Assembly: GCA_963718235.1 (NCBI GenBank) | Contig: CAVQYR010000001.1 | Location: 1,440,001 to 1,504,000, forward strand | DNA from: an uncultured Actinomycetota bacterium | GTDB taxonomy: Bacteria > Actinomycetota > Actinomycetes > JAHEKZ01 | Length of the DNA stretch: 64,000 nucleotides | Direction: 5' to 3' | In this document: positions 43,610 through 54,762 of the stretch, one piece after another | Layout of the letters: each line of letters starts with the position of its first letter | Position numbering within the stretch: position 1 is the stretch's first letter | Program-made: the position numbers and the translations under genes | The notes under the pieces: generated by a model | The model's database searches: none | What the model was told of the DNA's origin: nothing | The model's input: the letters and a program-made list of their open reading frames with translations, nothing else

Positions 43610-45016
43610 TCACGAGTGAGCGTGCAACGGTTTGCCCGCGAGCGCCAGGTGAGCCTCACCCATTGCTTCGGACTGCGTGGGGTGGGCATGAAGCAAAGAG
43701 GCCACGTCGTCGGCGTGGGCCTCCCAGTTGTAGATCAGCTGCCCCTCGGCGAGCAGCTCTCCGACCCGGCTGCCGACCAGGTGCACGCCGACGACCGGAC
43801 CCACGGTGTCGCCACTGCGGACGGCGACCAGCTTGACCAGCCCGGCCGTCTTGAGGATCTGGCTCTTGCCGTTGCCGGCGAGGTCGTACGTGGTGGTCAC
43901 GACCGCGTCGCCGTACTTCTCCCGGGCCTGGGCCTCGGTCAGGCCGACGGCTGCCACCTCGGGCTCGGAGTAGGTGATCCGCGGGACTCCGGCGTAGTCG
44001 ATCGGCCGGGGGTCCAGCCCTGCAACCTGCTCGGAGACGAAGATCCCCTCGGCGAAGCCGACGTGGGCCAGCTGCAAGGTCGGGATGAGGTCGCCCACGG
44101 CGTAGATGCGGGGCACGTTGGTGCGGCAGTGGTCGTCCACCAGGACGTAGCCCCGGTCCATGGCGACGCCGGTCTCGGCGTAGCCGAGGCCCTCGGAGAC
44201 CGGCCCTCGGCCGACCGCGACCAGCAGCAGGTCCGCTTCGAGCGTCTTGCCGTTCTCCAGGGCGACACTCACGCCGGCCGCGGTGTGCTCGACGCCGGCG
44301 AACCTTACCCCGAGCTCGTAGGCGATCCCGCGGCGGCGGAACTGGCGCTCGAGCTGCTTGCTCAGTGCCTCGTCGTCGGCGGGGAGCAGGTGGGGGAGCG
44401 CCTCGACGATGGTGACGCCGGCGCCGAAGGAGGCCCACACGCTGGCGAACTCGACCCCGATGACGCCGCCGCCCAGGATCACCACCGATCGGGGCACGTA
44501 GTCCAGCTGGAGCGCCTGGTCGCTGGTGATCACGCGCGCGCCGTCGATCTCCAGCCCCGGCAGCGACTTCGGGACCGAACCGGTGGCCAGGACGACGTTG
44601 CGTCCGTGGTAGGTGGCGTCGCCGACCGTGACAGCGTCCGGGGCGACCAGGCGTCCCTCGCCGGTGACGTAGGTGATGCCGCGGCTCTTCACCAGTCCTT
44701 GAAGGCCCTTGTGCAGCCGGGAGACCACGGCGTCTTTGTACGAGTTGACCGCCGGCATGTCGATTCCCTCGAACGACGCGTTGACGCCGAACTGGGCGCT
44801 CTCCTTGGTGGCGTCGGCCACCTCCGCGGAGTGCAGCAGTGCCTTGGTCGGGATGCAGCCACGGTGCAGGCAGGTACCGCCGAGCTTGTCCTTCTCGATG
44901 AGCACCACCGACAGGCCGAGCTGGGCTCCGCGCAGAGCGCAGGCGTAGCCCCCGCTGCCTCCGCCGAGCACCACGATGTCGTAGACGGTCTCGGTGGTGC
45001 TCTTGGTCTCGGTCAC
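43610..45016 (-). CDS. lpdA: Dihydrolipoyl dehydrogenase
   Basis: [17 protein letters not shown] and HPTQSE motifs. Confidence 0.97.
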   Translation of the reverse strand: MTETKSTTETVYDIVVLGGGSGGYACALRGAQLGLSVVLIEKDKLGGTCLHRGCIPTKALLHSAEVADATKESAQFGVNASFEGIDMPAVNSYKDAVVSRLHKGLQGLVKSRGITYVTGEGRLVAPDAVTVGDATYHGRNVVLATGSVPKSLPGLEIDGARVITSDQALQLDYVPRSVVILGGGVIGVEFASVWASFGAGVTIVEALPHLLPADDEALSKQLERQFRRRGIAYELGVRFAGVEHTAAGVSVALENGKTLEADLLLVAVGRGPVSEGLGYAETGVAMDRGYVLVDDHCRTNVPRIYAVGDLIPTLQLAHVGFAEGIFVSEQVAGLDPRPIDYAGVPRITYSEPEVAAVGLTEAQAREKYGDAVVTTTYDLAGNGKSQILKTAGLVKLVAVRSGDTVGPVVGVHLVGSRVGELLAEGQLIYNWEAHADDVASLLHAHPTQSEAMGEAHLALAGKPLHAHS

Positions 45017-45196
45017 ACCAACTCCTCGGGAGGGCGAAGGGTCCGGACGCATCCTTTCACTCCCAACCCTCACCCCGACACCATGGTCAGGAACCTGACC
45101 TGCGGGTCGGGCACGCGTAGCGTGGTCACGTTCGTTGGTGGAGGCGACTGGCCGATCCGAGCCGGCTCATCGGTCGACACGTTCAGGAGGAGTGCG

Positions 45197-45505
45197 ATGG
45201 GCCTGTTTCGTCGACGCAAGAAGCCCGGCAGCGCGGGCTCCGGTCGTTCGGCGAGCGGTACCGACCGGGCCTACCTGGAGGAGTGGTCGTCCGCCCGCCG
45301 GGGGGTCGAGGCGTTCGTGGAGCTACGCACCTCGCTGAACCCACCATCGGTCCTGCTCGTGGCCCACGACGGGGAGTGGACCCGGCGTGCGGTCCCCAGC
45401 GAGCAGACCGCCTTCGACTGGGCGAGGGGCTACGGGATCCCCTGCTACGACGCGTCCCTGGTCGGGTATCCCCAGCGGATGCGCGACTGGCGCCCGGGAG
45501 CCTGA
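45197..45505 (+). CDS. Conserved actinobacterial hypothetical protein
   Basis: AGGAGG RBS; GVEAFVE, LVAHDGEWTRR and YDA..VGYPQRMRDW motifs. Confidence 0.85.
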   Translation: MGLFRRRKKPGSAGSGRSASGTDRAYLEEWSSARRGVEAFVELRTSLNPPSVLLVAHDGEWTRRAVPSEQTAFDWARGYGIPCYDASLVGYPQRMRDWRPGA

Positions 45506-45519
45506 CCGCACGGCAGCAC

Positions 45520-45740
45520 CACGCGAAGCGGCCGCACCCGAGGGTGCGGCCGCTTCGCTGATGGCCCGGATCCGGCAACGGTGCCGATGCGACCGGGGGG
45601 GAGTGGTCGCAGCGACGGGACGTTCCGGTGAAGCGGCGCTGGGGGGGCGGGGATCGGGGGGCGGCGCGTCGACCGGGGGTCGGACCATCAGGTCTGAATC
45701 GTGTTCAGTTGTGAGTCCCGGGGGGAGGGACGTGGTGTTG
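45520..45740 (-). ncRNA. Candidate 6C-like sRNA with several C-rich loops
   Basis: Hairpins GUCCC-UCCCCCC-GGGAC and UGCGACC-ACUCCCCCCC-GGUCGCA, enclosing stem 45558-45568/45681-45691, ending in the terminator hairpin. Confidence 0.5.
45523..45558. terminator. Perfect GC-rich hairpin, probably a bidirectional terminator
   Basis: GCGAAGCGGCCGCACCC-GA-GGGTGCGGCCGCTTCGC. Confidence 0.8.
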
Positions 45741-45831
45741 ACAACCCCTAAGGTAGTCACACTCTCGACAAATGGGTAGTCATCTCACCCGGTCGGACTA
45801 GTCCGTGTGAACCAGGTCGGTGCTGCTCGCT

Positions 45832-47313
45832 CTAGCCGAGGTCCTCGACCAGGCGGACCAGGGTGCGCACGGCGGCCCCCGTGCCGCCCTTGGGGGTGTA
45901 CCCGTAGGCGTCGCCCTCGTTGAAGGACGGGCCAGCGATGTCCAGGTGGGCCCACGGCGTGCCGTCGGGCACGAACTCCTGGAGGAAAAGGCCGGCCGAG
46001 AGCATGCCGCCGTACCGGTTCCCGATGTTGGCGATGTCGGCGATCGGGCTGTCGAGGCTCTTGCGCAGCTCAGGGGGCAGCGGCATCGGCCACATCGACT
46101 CCCCGACCTCGGTGGCCAGGGCGAAGATCTGCTCTCGCAGCTCGTCGTCGTTGCTCATGATCCCCGAGACCCGAGCGCCGAGCGCGACCAGCTGGGCCCC
46201 GGTCAAGGTGGCGACGTCGACGATGACGTCCGGCTCCTCCTCACCGGCGCGGACGATGGCGTCGGCCAGCACGAGTCGACCCTCGGCGTCGGTGTTGAGC
46301 ACCTCGACCGTTCGTCCGCCGTAGATCGTGATCACGTCACCGGGCCGCTGCGCTGCTCCCGAGGGCATGTTCTCCGCGATCGCCATCCAGCCGGTGACGT
46401 TGACCGCCGGCTTCAGCCGAGCCACGGCCACGAGGGCACCGAGGACCGCGGCGGCCCCGCCCATGTCGGACTTCATCCACTCCATGGCGGTGGCCGGCTT
46501 GAGGGACAGCCCGCCCGAGTCGAAGGTGATCCCCTTGCCGACCAGGGCGATGCTGCGGGTCGCCTTGGGGTGCCGGTAGCCCAGGCGCACGAGTCGAGGA
46601 CCGTGCGTCGACCCCTGGCCCACGGCCGTGAGCCCTCCGTAGCCGCCACGACGCAGGGCCTTGTCGTCGGTGACCTCGAGGTCGAGCTTGACGCTGCGGG
46701 CCGCCTTGCGGGCCGCCTCGGCCAGGTCGGCCGGTCGCAGGTCAGAGGGCGGGGTGTTCACCAGATCTCGGGTCAGCGTGACCGACCGGGCCAGGACCTG
46801 GGCCCGGGTGAGCGCCGCCTTGGCGCCCTTCGTCCGCGCGGCGGGGGTCACCAGCTCGAAGGCCTTGACCGGTGCCTTGTGGTCTGCGGCGCTGGACGAC
46901 CGGTAGCTGCGGAAGGCGTAGGCCCCGAACAAGGCGCCCTCCGCGACGGCGTCGACCTCCGCCGGGCTGGAGGCGGGCAGCCCGAGCACCACCGTGCCGG
47001 AGCCGGCGAGGGCCCGCGCGGCGGCCCCGGCCGCCCTGCGCAGAGTCTCCAGGTCGTCGGCCGCGCCGAGCCCGACCGCCACGATCAGCGGCGCAGCGAC
47101 CGACCCGGCCGACGGCAGCTTCACGAGGTCCTGCGGCTTGCCCGTGGCTCCCATGGCCTGCAGGACCTTGCGCAAGGTCCCTCCGTACGCCTCGTCGACC
47201 GCGGCCGCGCCCTCGGCGAGCGTGATGCCGCGCGCTCCGGTCAGAACTCCGATGACGACGGCATCGGCCTTGGCTCGGGCCGGGTTCGCTGAGCTGAGCG
47301 AGAGGGTGGTCAC
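45832..47313 (-). CDS. pepA: Leucyl aminopeptidase (M17)
   Basis: [19 protein letters not shown] and NTDAEGRL motifs. Confidence 0.97.
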   Translation of the reverse strand: MTTLSLSSANPARAKADAVVIGVLTGARGITLAEGAAAVDEAYGGTLRKVLQAMGATGKPQDLVKLPSAGSVAAPLIVAVGLGAADDLETLRRAAGAAARALAGSGTVVLGLPASSPAEVDAVAEGALFGAYAFRSYRSSSAADHKAPVKAFELVTPAARTKGAKAALTRAQVLARSVTLTRDLVNTPPSDLRPADLAEAARKAARSVKLDLEVTDDKALRRGGYGGLTAVGQGSTHGPRLVRLGYRHPKATRSIALVGKGITFDSGGLSLKPATAMEWMKSDMGGAAAVLGALVAVARLKPAVNVTGWMAIAENMPSGAAQRPGDVITIYGGRTVEVLNTDAEGRLVLADAIVRAGEEEPDVIVDVATLTGAQLVALGARVSGIMSNDDELREQIFALATEVGESMWPMPLPPELRKSLDSPIADIANIGNRYGGMLSAGLFLQEFVPDGTPWAHLDIAGPSFNEGDAYGYTPKGGTGAAVRTLVRLVEDLG

Positions 47314-47403
47314 GCGTGCCTCACAGTCGTCGGAAGGGTCGGGAGCGGCGAGCCAGCCGATCGTAGGCGACGTCCCCCCGGGCGGCGCAGTAGGTTCCCC
47401 GGC

Positions 47404-48504
47404 ATGACCGACTCACTTCGCCGTTCGCCCCTCCACTCCCGGCACGCCGCGCTCGGGGCGAAGCTGGCCGACTTCGGCGGCTGGCTGATGCCGATCGAGT
47501 ACCCGGACGGCGGCGTGCTCAAGGAGCATGCGGCGGTCCGCGACGCGGTCGGGCTGTTCGACGTGTCGCACCTGGGGAAGATGCGGGTCGTCGGGCCGGG
47601 CGCGGCCGGTTTCGTCAACACGATGCTGACCAACGACCTCGGACGGATCACGGCCGGCCAGGCGCAGTACTCGCTGCTGTGCGACCCCGATGGCGGTGTC
47701 GTCGACGACCTGATCGTTTACCTGAGGGGCGACGACGAGGTGTTCATCGTCCCCAACGCGGCGAACACTGCTGCGGTCGTTGCGACCCTGGCGGGTGCGG
47801 CACCGCCCGGGATCACGGTCACCGACGAGCACGAGCAGTTCGCGGTGCTCGCGGTGCAGGGGCCCCGGTCGGCCGCGGTGCTCGACGCTCTGGGTCTGCC
47901 GTCCGGCCACGACTACATGGAGTTCGTCGACACGACGTGGGACGGGCGCCCCCTGGTCGTGTGCCGTACCGGCTACACCGGAGAGCACGGGTACGAGCTG
48001 CTGCCCCGTTGGGGCGACGCCGAGGCGGTCTGGGACGCCGTGGTGGCCGCTGGTGGACCGATGGGTCTGCGCCCGGCCGGCCTCGGGGCGCGCGACACCC
48101 TGCGCACGGAGATGGGCTACCCGCTGCACGGGCAGGACCTCGGACCCACGATCACGCCGGTGCAGGCGCGGGTGGGCTGGGCCGTCGGCTGGGCCAAGCC
48201 GCAGTTCGTCGGTCGCGACGTGCTGGTCGCCCAGCGCGAGGCCGGCGCGGACCGGGTGCTCCGTGGGGTCAAGGCGAATGACCGCGGCATTCCCCGCCCG
48301 CAGATGGCGGTCACGACCCCGTCCGGAGAGGTGGTCGGTGAGGTCACCAGCGGCACCTTCTCGCCGACCCTTCGGGTGGGGATCGGGCTGGCCCTGCTCG
48401 ACGCCTCGGTGCAGGAGGGAGACGAGGTCCAGGTCGACGTGCGCGGGCGGCCGTCGTCGATGACCGTCGTCCGGCCACCGTTCGTGCACCCGTCCACCCG
48501 CTGA
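47404..48504 (+). CDS. gcvT: Glycine cleavage T protein (aminomethyltransferase)
   Basis: [19 protein letters not shown] and [11 protein letters not shown] motifs. Confidence 0.97.
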   Translation: MTDSLRRSPLHSRHAALGAKLADFGGWLMPIEYPDGGVLKEHAAVRDAVGLFDVSHLGKMRVVGPGAAGFVNTMLTNDLGRITAGQAQYSLLCDPDGGVVDDLIVYLRGDDEVFIVPNAANTAAVVATLAGAAPPGITVTDEHEQFAVLAVQGPRSAAVLDALGLPSGHDYMEFVDTTWDGRPLVVCRTGYTGEHGYELLPRWGDAEAVWDAVVAAGGPMGLRPAGLGARDTLRTEMGYPLHGQDLGPTITPVQARVGWAVGWAKPQFVGRDVLVAQREAGADRVLRGVKANDRGIPRPQMAVTTPSGEVVGEVTSGTFSPTLRVGIGLALLDASVQEGDEVQVDVRGRPSSMTVVRPPFVHPSTR

Positions 48505-48619
48505 GCCGGCGAACCTCCCTTCACAGACGCCACCTACGTAGCGGCCAGCACGGGCACAGGCGTGCGGGCCAACGTGTCTTTCGTGCCCGACAACGGGCGA
48601 ACGACACGAAGGAGCACTC

Positions 48620-49045
48620 ATGTCCGAGGAGACACCGAAGCGTCGACTGACCCCGTACCTGTCCGCAGCTGCCCTCGTGGCCGCCGGCCTGGTGGGCGGG
48701 GCCGTCCTGGCCGGGACGATGGCGGCCAGCGCGAGCGAGGACGGCAGCGGCAGCAACGGCAGCGAGGACAGCATCGCGGTCGACACCCGTTCCGGCTCTG
48801 GCATGGCCGAGGTCGACCCGAGCCAGCCGATGCGCGACGACGAGGAGCTGCTGACCGGGGAGACCGCGACCCGGGTGACCGACGTCGTCACCGCCGCCTA
48901 CCCCGACGCCACGATCCAGCGGGTCGAGACCGACAGCGACGGGGTGTACGAGGCGCACATCGTGACCGCCGAAGGGAGCGAGCTCATCGTCATGGTGGGC
49001 AAGGACTTCTCGATCACCGGCACCGGGGAGATGGGCCCGCGCTGA
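48620..49045 (+). CDS. Secreted PepSY-like protein
   Basis: AAGGAG RBS; signal peptide; ATIQRVETDSDGVYEAH motif. Confidence 0.7.
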   Translation: MSEETPKRRLTPYLSAAALVAAGLVGGAVLAGTMAASASEDGSGSNGSEDSIAVDTRSGSGMAEVDPSQPMRDDEELLTGETATRVTDVVTAAYPDATIQRVETDSDGVYEAHIVTAEGSELIVMVGKDFSITGTGEMGPR

Positions 49046-49046
49046 A

Positions 49047-49829
49047 TCAGCGCACGCAGATCACGAACACGAAGGTCATGAAAGCCACTTCGGCGGCGGC
49101 ACCGAGCACATCACCGGTGACGCCGCCGAAGCGGCTCACGGCCCGCCGCACGAGCAGCTGACTGGCCAGGAGGGCAAGCGCCCCGGCAACCAAGACGTGC
49201 CAGACGAACGACGAAACGACGTCGTCCTCCCACAGCCCGAGGAGCACGAGGAAGCCGGCGACAGCGGCGGTGACCAACAGCAGCGGCAACGATCTCACCG
49301 TCGACGCGACCGACGCGCCCAGGCCGTCGTCCGTCGCCGCCGGCACGGAGGTACGGGTCGACCAGGTGAGCGCGAGTCGGCTGACCACCACCCCGCCGAG
49401 CAGGGCTACCGTGCCGCGACCGCGCAGCAGCGCGACGTCCAGGGCGGCGACGTCGACCAGGACGACCAGCACGAGCGTGGCGACGCCGAAGGGCCCGACG
49501 TCGGAACGTCGCATGACGGCCAACGCCTCAGCGCCGCGTCGTCCGCTGCCGAGACCGTCCGCCGTGTCGGCCAGCCCGTCGAGGTGCAGCGCGCGGGTGA
49601 GCAGGGCGAGCGTGGCGACGGCCACCGCGGCCACGAGGAAGCGGTCGGTGGTCCCGGGCACGAGCCAGCGAACGGAGAGCGCAGCGGCCTCCGCGCCGAG
49701 CCCGAGCAGCACCCCCACCACGGGCGCGAGCAGCATCGCCTGCGCGGCGACCCGACGGTCGACGCGTCTGGGAGCAGGGACCCGGACGGCGGTCAGCGTG
49801 CCCAGGGCCAGGCGAAGGCCGTCGGTCAT
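49047..49829 (-). CDS. cobS: Cobalamin synthase (adenosylcobinamide-GDP ribazoletransferase)
   Basis: [18 protein letters not shown] and [10 protein letters not shown] motifs. Confidence 0.96.
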   Translation of the reverse strand: MTDGLRLALGTLTAVRVPAPRRVDRRVAAQAMLLAPVVGVLLGLGAEAAALSVRWLVPGTTDRFLVAAVAVATLALLTRALHLDGLADTADGLGSGRRGAEALAVMRRSDVGPFGVATLVLVVLVDVAALDVALLRGRGTVALLGGVVVSRLALTWSTRTSVPAATDDGLGASVASTVRSLPLLLVTAAVAGFLVLLGLWEDDVVSSFVWHVLVAGALALLASQLLVRRAVSRFGGVTGDVLGAAAEVAFMTFVFVICVR

Positions 49830-50932
49830 GCGTCGTCGGCAGCCGGCTCGCCGGGCGGCGTCTGGACGTCGGCCCGGTCGGTGACCCCGGCGCCGTCGAA
49901 GGTCGCCATGTCCGCCAGGGCGCTCTGCGCGGCGCGGAGCACCGGGAGGGCGACGACTGCGCCGGTGCCCTCACCGAGCCGCAGTCCGAAGTCGACGATC
50001 GGCTCGAGCTGGAGCTTGCGCAGGGCCAGGTGGTGCGCCGGTTCCACCGATCGGTGCCCTGCCTGCCACCACGACGACGCCCGGAAGGCGACCCGGTGGG
50101 CCACGAGGGCGCAGGCACCGGACACGAGCCCGTCGAGCAGGACCGGGGTCCGGCGCGCGGCGGACTGCAGCAGCATCCCTGTCATAGCCGCGAAGTCGGC
50201 GCCACCACACCAGGCCAAGAGGTCGAGCGGGTCGGACAGGTGCGGACGGGAGTGCCGCATGGAGTCGCGCACGGCGGCGGCCTTGCGCATCCAGGCCTCG
50301 TCGTCCACTCCGGTCCCGCGTCCCGTCACTGCCACGGCGTCACTCCCGGTGAGCAGGGCGACGATCACCGCAGCAGGCGTGGTGTTGCCGATCCCCATGT
50401 CTCCGGTCAGCAGGATGTCCGCGCCCGCGTCGATCTCCTCGTCAGCGATCGCCATCCCGGCCCGGAACGCCTGCTCGCACTCGGCCCGGGTCAGCGCCGG
50501 TCCGACACTGATGTCGTCGCTCCCGCGGCGGACCTTGTACCGGGTGACCTCGGCCGGGAGGTCGTCGAGGTCGGCGTCGACCGACAGGTCGACCACCCGC
50601 ACCCCCACCGCGCTCACCCGGGCCAACGCGTTGACCGCGGCACCTCCGGCCTGGAAGTTGCGCACCATCTGGGCCGTCACCTCCGCGGGGTAGGCCGAGA
50701 CCCCACTACGGGTGACTCCGTGGTCGCCCGCGAAGACGACGACGCGCGCGCGGTCCAAGGGCCGCGGTGGGCACTGCCCCTGCACCGCCGACAGCCAGCT
50801 CGCCAGCTCCTCCAGGCGCCCCAGCGACCCAGGCGGCTTGGTGAGGTGCCGCTGGCGCGCAGTGGCCTCCTCGGCCGCCGCCTCGTCCGGGCGCTCGATC
50901 CGCTCGCGGACCTCCAGCAGGTCGACACTCAT
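49826..50932 (-). CDS. cobT: Nicotinate-nucleotide--dimethylbenzimidazole phosphoribosyltransferase
   Basis: [27 protein letters not shown] and LRLGEGTGA motifs. Confidence 0.96.
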   Translation of the reverse strand: MSVDLLEVRERIERPDEAAAEEATARQRHLTKPPGSLGRLEELASWLSAVQGQCPPRPLDRARVVVFAGDHGVTRSGVSAYPAEVTAQMVRNFQAGGAAVNALARVSAVGVRVVDLSVDADLDDLPAEVTRYKVRRGSDDISVGPALTRAECEQAFRAGMAIADEEIDAGADILLTGDMGIGNTTPAAVIVALLTGSDAVAVTGRGTGVDDEAWMRKAAAVRDSMRHSRPHLSDPLDLLAWCGGADFAAMTGMLLQSAARRTPVLLDGLVSGACALVAHRVAFRASSWWQAGHRSVEPAHHLALRKLQLEPIVDFGLRLGEGTGAVVALPVLRAAQSALADMATFDGAGVTDRADVQTPPGEPAADDA

Positions 50933-52284
50933 GAAGGGCGCCTCCGGTCGAGGGAGAGGGTGCGTCCGGCCACGACGAGACGGACGTCGGTGCTGGCCTC
51001 GGCGAGGCGGGCGTTCAGCACCCCCTGCAGGTCACGGAAGGCCCGGCCGGACCATGTGGCCGGCACGATGCCCGAGCCGACCTCGTTGCTGACCCCCACG
51101 AGGTCACCCTTGGACGTGCGCCACGCCTCGACGACGGAGTCGATCCGCTTGATGGCCAGAGTCGTGTCCTGGGTCTGCCAGGCGTCGGTGTCGTCGAGCA
51201 CCCGGGCCAGCCAGGTCGTGAAGCAGTCGACCAGCACGACCTCGCCGACGCCCACCTGATCGAGGACCGACTCGAGGTCGGTGGTCTCGAGGGTGACCCA
51301 CTGCGCTGGCCGACGAGCCCGGTGGACAGCCACGCGCTCGGCCATCTCGGGGTCATCCACGGCCGCGGTGGCGACGTAGGTCACCCGCGCGTGGTCACTG
51401 ACGAGCTGTTCGGCCGCAGTCGACTTGCCCGAGCGGGCGCCACCGAGCAGCAGCACCCGGGACACCGGGGTCGGGTCCACGTGGTCGGTGCTGATCCGGG
51501 AGCCGTCGGGAAGCACCTCCGCCCCGACCTCGGCGAGGCGTCGCCGCAGGACGGGCAGGGGAGGGTTGTGGTGGCTGAGGTGCACGGCGACGACCCGCCC
51601 CCGCGGGCCGATCGCATCGCATGCGCGCAGGGCGCGGGACGTCGTCGCGAACGAGTCGAGGTCGTGGTGGTCGGTTCCGTGGCCGGTGCGCTCGCCGAAC
51701 GTCTCCTCGAGCAGCACGACGTCGAACCGTCGTCCGGCGACCGCGGTCCAGGTGGCGTCGGTGAACGGTCCGGTGTCACTGGCGTGGAACAGGCGGGCGC
51801 CGGACGACGACTCGACGTCGTACAGCAACGCGTCGCTCGAGGACTCCCCGTGGTGGGCGGCATGCAGGGCCCGGACCCGGTAGCCGTCCCAGTCGAGGAC
51901 GTCGCCGCCGGCCAGCGGGTGCAGGGTCACCGGGCCACCTGGTTCGACCCACGGCTCCACCTGGTCGAGGGCCGCGCCCGGCCCGGCGACGACGAGCGGC
52001 CGGGCTCGCTCGGCCCACTGGTGCGCCAGCAGGGCGAGCCCGTCGACGTGGTCGGGATGGGCGTGGGTGATCAGCAGCAGCCCGACGTCGTGCAGTGGTG
52101 CCCGGTGACGCTCCGCTGCCCTGGGGACGTCGGGCCCGCAGTCGATGAGCAGCCGGTCGTCGACCAGCGCCGAGGTGTGACCGCGGACGACACCTGCCCG
52201 TCGGGCGTCGAGGCACGACGGACACGAGCAGAACGGGTTGGGCCAGCCGTCGGCGGACCCGGTGCCCAGCAGGACGACGTCCAC
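50929..52284 (-). CDS. cobU: Fusion: PhnP-like metallo-beta-lactamase-fold hydrolase + adenosylcobinamide kinase/guanylyltransferase
   Basis: N-half [29 protein letters not shown]; C-half [24 protein letters not shown]; one continuous frame. Confidence 0.9.
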   Translation of the reverse strand: MDVVLLGTGSADGWPNPFCSCPSCLDARRAGVVRGHTSALVDDRLLIDCGPDVPRAAERHRAPLHDVGLLLITHAHPDHVDGLALLAHQWAERARPLVVAGPGAALDQVEPWVEPGGPVTLHPLAGGDVLDWDGYRVRALHAAHHGESSSDALLYDVESSSGARLFHASDTGPFTDATWTAVAGRRFDVVLLEETFGERTGHGTDHHDLDSFATTSRALRACDAIGPRGRVVAVHLSHHNPPLPVLRRRLAEVGAEVLPDGSRISTDHVDPTPVSRVLLLGGARSGKSTAAEQLVSDHARVTYVATAAVDDPEMAERVAVHRARRPAQWVTLETTDLESVLDQVGVGEVVLVDCFTTWLARVLDDTDAWQTQDTTLAIKRIDSVVEAWRTSKGDLVGVSNEVGSGIVPATWSGRAFRDLQGVLNARLAEASTDVRLVVAGRTLSLDRRRPS

Positions 52285-52291
52285 GACCCGG

Positions 52292-53116
52292 TCAGCCCCC
52301 GACGACGACGTCGGGCTCGACGAACGAGACCGGGGCCGCGAAGGCGGCCCGTCGGGCGGTACGACGCAGGGTACGCAGGACGGGGGCGCCGAGGACGAGC
52401 ACCAGCACCGTGTTGCCGACTGCGCGCGGGATGTCGAAACCGAGGGACGTCGCGAGCGTGTAGGCGAGCAGGCGGCCGGCGTTGTCGCCCACCGGGGCCC
52501 CCGCCACGAACGCGAGGTCGCCGCCCGTCGCGACGAACGGCCAGAACCAGAGGTTGAGCAGCAGCCCGTAGACCAGCCCCCCGACCCCCGCGTACCCGGC
52601 GACGAGAGCCACCTCTCGACGTCCGGTCGCGCGCGGCAGGAGTCCCGCCCCCAGACCGAGCCAGGCTGCGGCGAACATCTGGAACGGCAGCCAGGGGCCG
52701 ACCCCGCCAGTCACCAGCGCCGAGGCCAGCGTCGACGTGGCCCCGAGGGTGAACCCGAAGCCCGGCCCGAAGGCGCGACCGGCGAGCACGATCACCACGA
52801 ACATCGGCTGGAACCCGGTGACGCCCCCGCTCAGCGGCCGCAGCACGGCGGCCAGCGCGGACAGCACCCCCAGCAGCGCCACCGCCTTGGCGTCCATCGC
52901 ACCGTCGGCGACCTCGGCGAGCACCACGGCCAGCAGCATGGGCAGCAGCAGCACGAACAGCCATGCGCCGTCCGGCTGCTGCGCGAGCAGCGCGCCGTCG
53001 TCGACCAGGAACGGCCAGCCGAACGCGAGCAGCCCGACGGCAGACACGAGGCCGATCACCAGGGTGGACCGACGGCCGAGGCGGACGGCGCGCACTGGCG
53101 CCAGGCGGGGACTCAT
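52292..53116 (-). CDS. ECF transporter S component (CbrT-like, corrinoid)
   Basis: G..FGPGFGF.LG, GGVGPWLPFQM and FDIPRAVGN motifs; within the riboswitch operon. Confidence 0.88.
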   Translation of the reverse strand: MSPRLAPVRAVRLGRRSTLVIGLVSAVGLLAFGWPFLVDDGALLAQQPDGAWLFVLLLPMLLAVVLAEVADGAMDAKAVALLGVLSALAAVLRPLSGGVTGFQPMFVVIVLAGRAFGPGFGFTLGATSTLASALVTGGVGPWLPFQMFAAAWLGLGAGLLPRATGRREVALVAGYAGVGGLVYGLLLNLWFWPFVATGGDLAFVAGAPVGDNAGRLLAYTLATSLGFDIPRAVGNTVLVLVLGAPVLRTLRRTARRAAFAAPVSFVEPDVVVGG

Positions 53117-54762
53117 CCGGCCTCCCTCAGGCTCGTCGCGACCTCGCGGACGGTCAGCCACGGCAGGGGGGCCAGCACCTTGGCCACCTGGGGCGCGAAC
53201 TGCGGCGACGCCAGCAGGACCTCGCGAACCGGACCGTCGGCGACGACCTCCCCGTCGGCGAGGACCACGACCCGGGTGGCGGCCTCGGCGACGAGCTCGA
53301 CGTCGTGGGTGGCCAGGACGACCGACCGGCCGGCGGCGGCTCGCTGGGTCAGCAGGTCGACCAGGCGGGACTTGGTCGGGTAGTCCAGGCCCCGGGTCGG
53401 CTCGTCCAGGAGCAGCAGGGGTGGGTCTGCGGCCACGATCACGGCGAGGGCGAGCGCCAGCCGCTGCCCCTCGGACAGGTCGCGCGGGTGGGTGGTGTCC
53501 TCGACGCCCGGGGCCAGGGTCTCGAGCAGCCGCCGGGTGGTTCCTCGGGTGACCGCGGCGTCGTGGTCGGCGTCGGCACACTCGTGCCCGACGGTCTCCG
53601 ACCACAACAGGTCGGCCGGCTCCTGTGGCACCAGCCCGACCAGGCGCACGAGCGCGACCGGCGACAGCGCTGCCGGGTCGTCGGCTCCGACCCGAAGGCT
53701 GCCGCCCGAGGGGTGCGTCAGCCCCACGCAGGTGCGCATCAGGGTGCTCTTGCCCGCGCCGTTGCGGCCCATCAGGGCCACGACCTCGCCCGGGTGCACC
53801 TGCAGGTCGACCTGGTCGAGGGCCGTGGTGGCACCCAAGGTGACGCACAGCCGAGACGCGGTCAGCGACGCGGCGGTCGAGCCGCCCAGGGCCGCCCCTC
53901 GGTCGACCACGGCCGGCGGCGCGAGCTCGTCCAGCCGGGCCCGCAGGAGGGTCGACTGACGGCGGGCGTCGCGCACGCTCACCGGGAGGGGTGCCCAGCC
54001 ATGGGCCCGGGCCAGCTCGACGACCGGCGGCACGATCGGGAGGTCCGGCAGCATCTCGGCCGTCGGGCCGGAGGACACCGTGCCCGAGCCGTCGACCAGG
54101 ATCACCCGGTCGGCGAACTGCACGACCCGCTCGAGCCGGTGCTCGGCGAGCAGGACGGTGAGTCCGAGGTCGTGCACGAGGCGGTGCACGGCCGCCAGCA
54201 CCTCCTCCGCCGCGTTGGGGTCCAGAGCCGAGGTCGGTTCGTCGAGCACGAGCACCTTGGGATGGGTCGTGAGCACCGATCCGATGGCGACCCGCTGCTG
54301 CTGCCCTCCGGAGAGGCTGCGCAGTGGTCGGTCGCGCAGCTCCTGCAGACCGAGCAGGTCGAGGGTCTCCTCGACGCGGCGGCGCATGACGTCCGGCGCG
54401 AGACCGATCGCCTCCATGGCGTAGGCCAGCTCGTCCTCGACGGTGTCCGTGACGAACCCGGCCCGCGGGTCCTGCAGGACGACGCCCACGACGTCGGCCA
54501 GCTCGCGGGGCGGGTGGGTGCGGGTGTCGCGACCGTCGACGGTCACCCGCCCGTGCAGGACGCCGCCGGTGAAGTGGGGGACGAGTCCGTTGACCGCGCG
54601 CAGGAGGGTCGACTTGCCGGCCCCGGTACGACCGACGACCAGCGCGAGCTCACCTTCGGGGACGGTGAACGAGACGTCGCGCAGCACCGGGGCGACCTCC
54701 GGGCCGCTTCGTGGCTGGGCGGGGTCGGGGTAGACCACGGTGACCCGGTCGAAGGTGATCAC
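53113..54762 (-). CDS. ECF transporter tandem ATPase (A-A')
   Basis: Two ABC domains: GRTGAGKS/LSGGQ/DEPT and GRNGAGKS/LSEGQ/DEPT. Confidence 0.93.
   Translation of the reverse strand: MITFDRVTVVYPDPAQPRSGPEVAPVLRDVSFTVPEGELALVVGRTGAGKSTLLRAVNGLVPHFTGGVLHGRVTVDGRDTRTHPPRELADVVGVVLQDPRAGFVTDTVEDELAYAMEAIGLAPDVMRRRVEETLDLLGLQELRDRPLRSLSGGQQQRVAIGSVLTTHPKVLVLDEPTSALDPNAAEEVLAAVHRLVHDLGLTVLLAEHRLERVVQFADRVILVDGSGTVSSGPTAEMLPDLPIVPPVVELARAHGWAPLPVSVRDARRQSTLLRARLDELAPPAVVDRGAALGGSTAASLTASRLCVTLGATTALDQVDLQVHPGEVVALMGRNGAGKSTLMRTCVGLTHPSGGSLRVGADDPAALSPVALVRLVGLVPQEPADLLWSETVGHECADADHDAAVTRGTTRRLLETLAPGVEDTTHPRDLSEGQRLALALAVIVAADPPLLLLDEPTRGLDYPTKSRLVDLLTQRAAAGRSVVLATHDVELVAEAATRVVVLADGEVVADGPVREVLLASPQFAPQVAKVLAPLPWLTVREVATSLREAG

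Noticed and set aside
45323-45760. 145-aa Pro-rich minus-strand ORF
   Set aside because: Pro-richness derives from the C tracts; it crosses a terminator and overlaps a real gene, so an RNA interpretation is preferred
45738-45765. Plus-strand TTGACA promoter antisense to pepA
   Set aside because: Poor -10 (CACTCT, 16-nt spacer) and no downstream gene; cannot be supported
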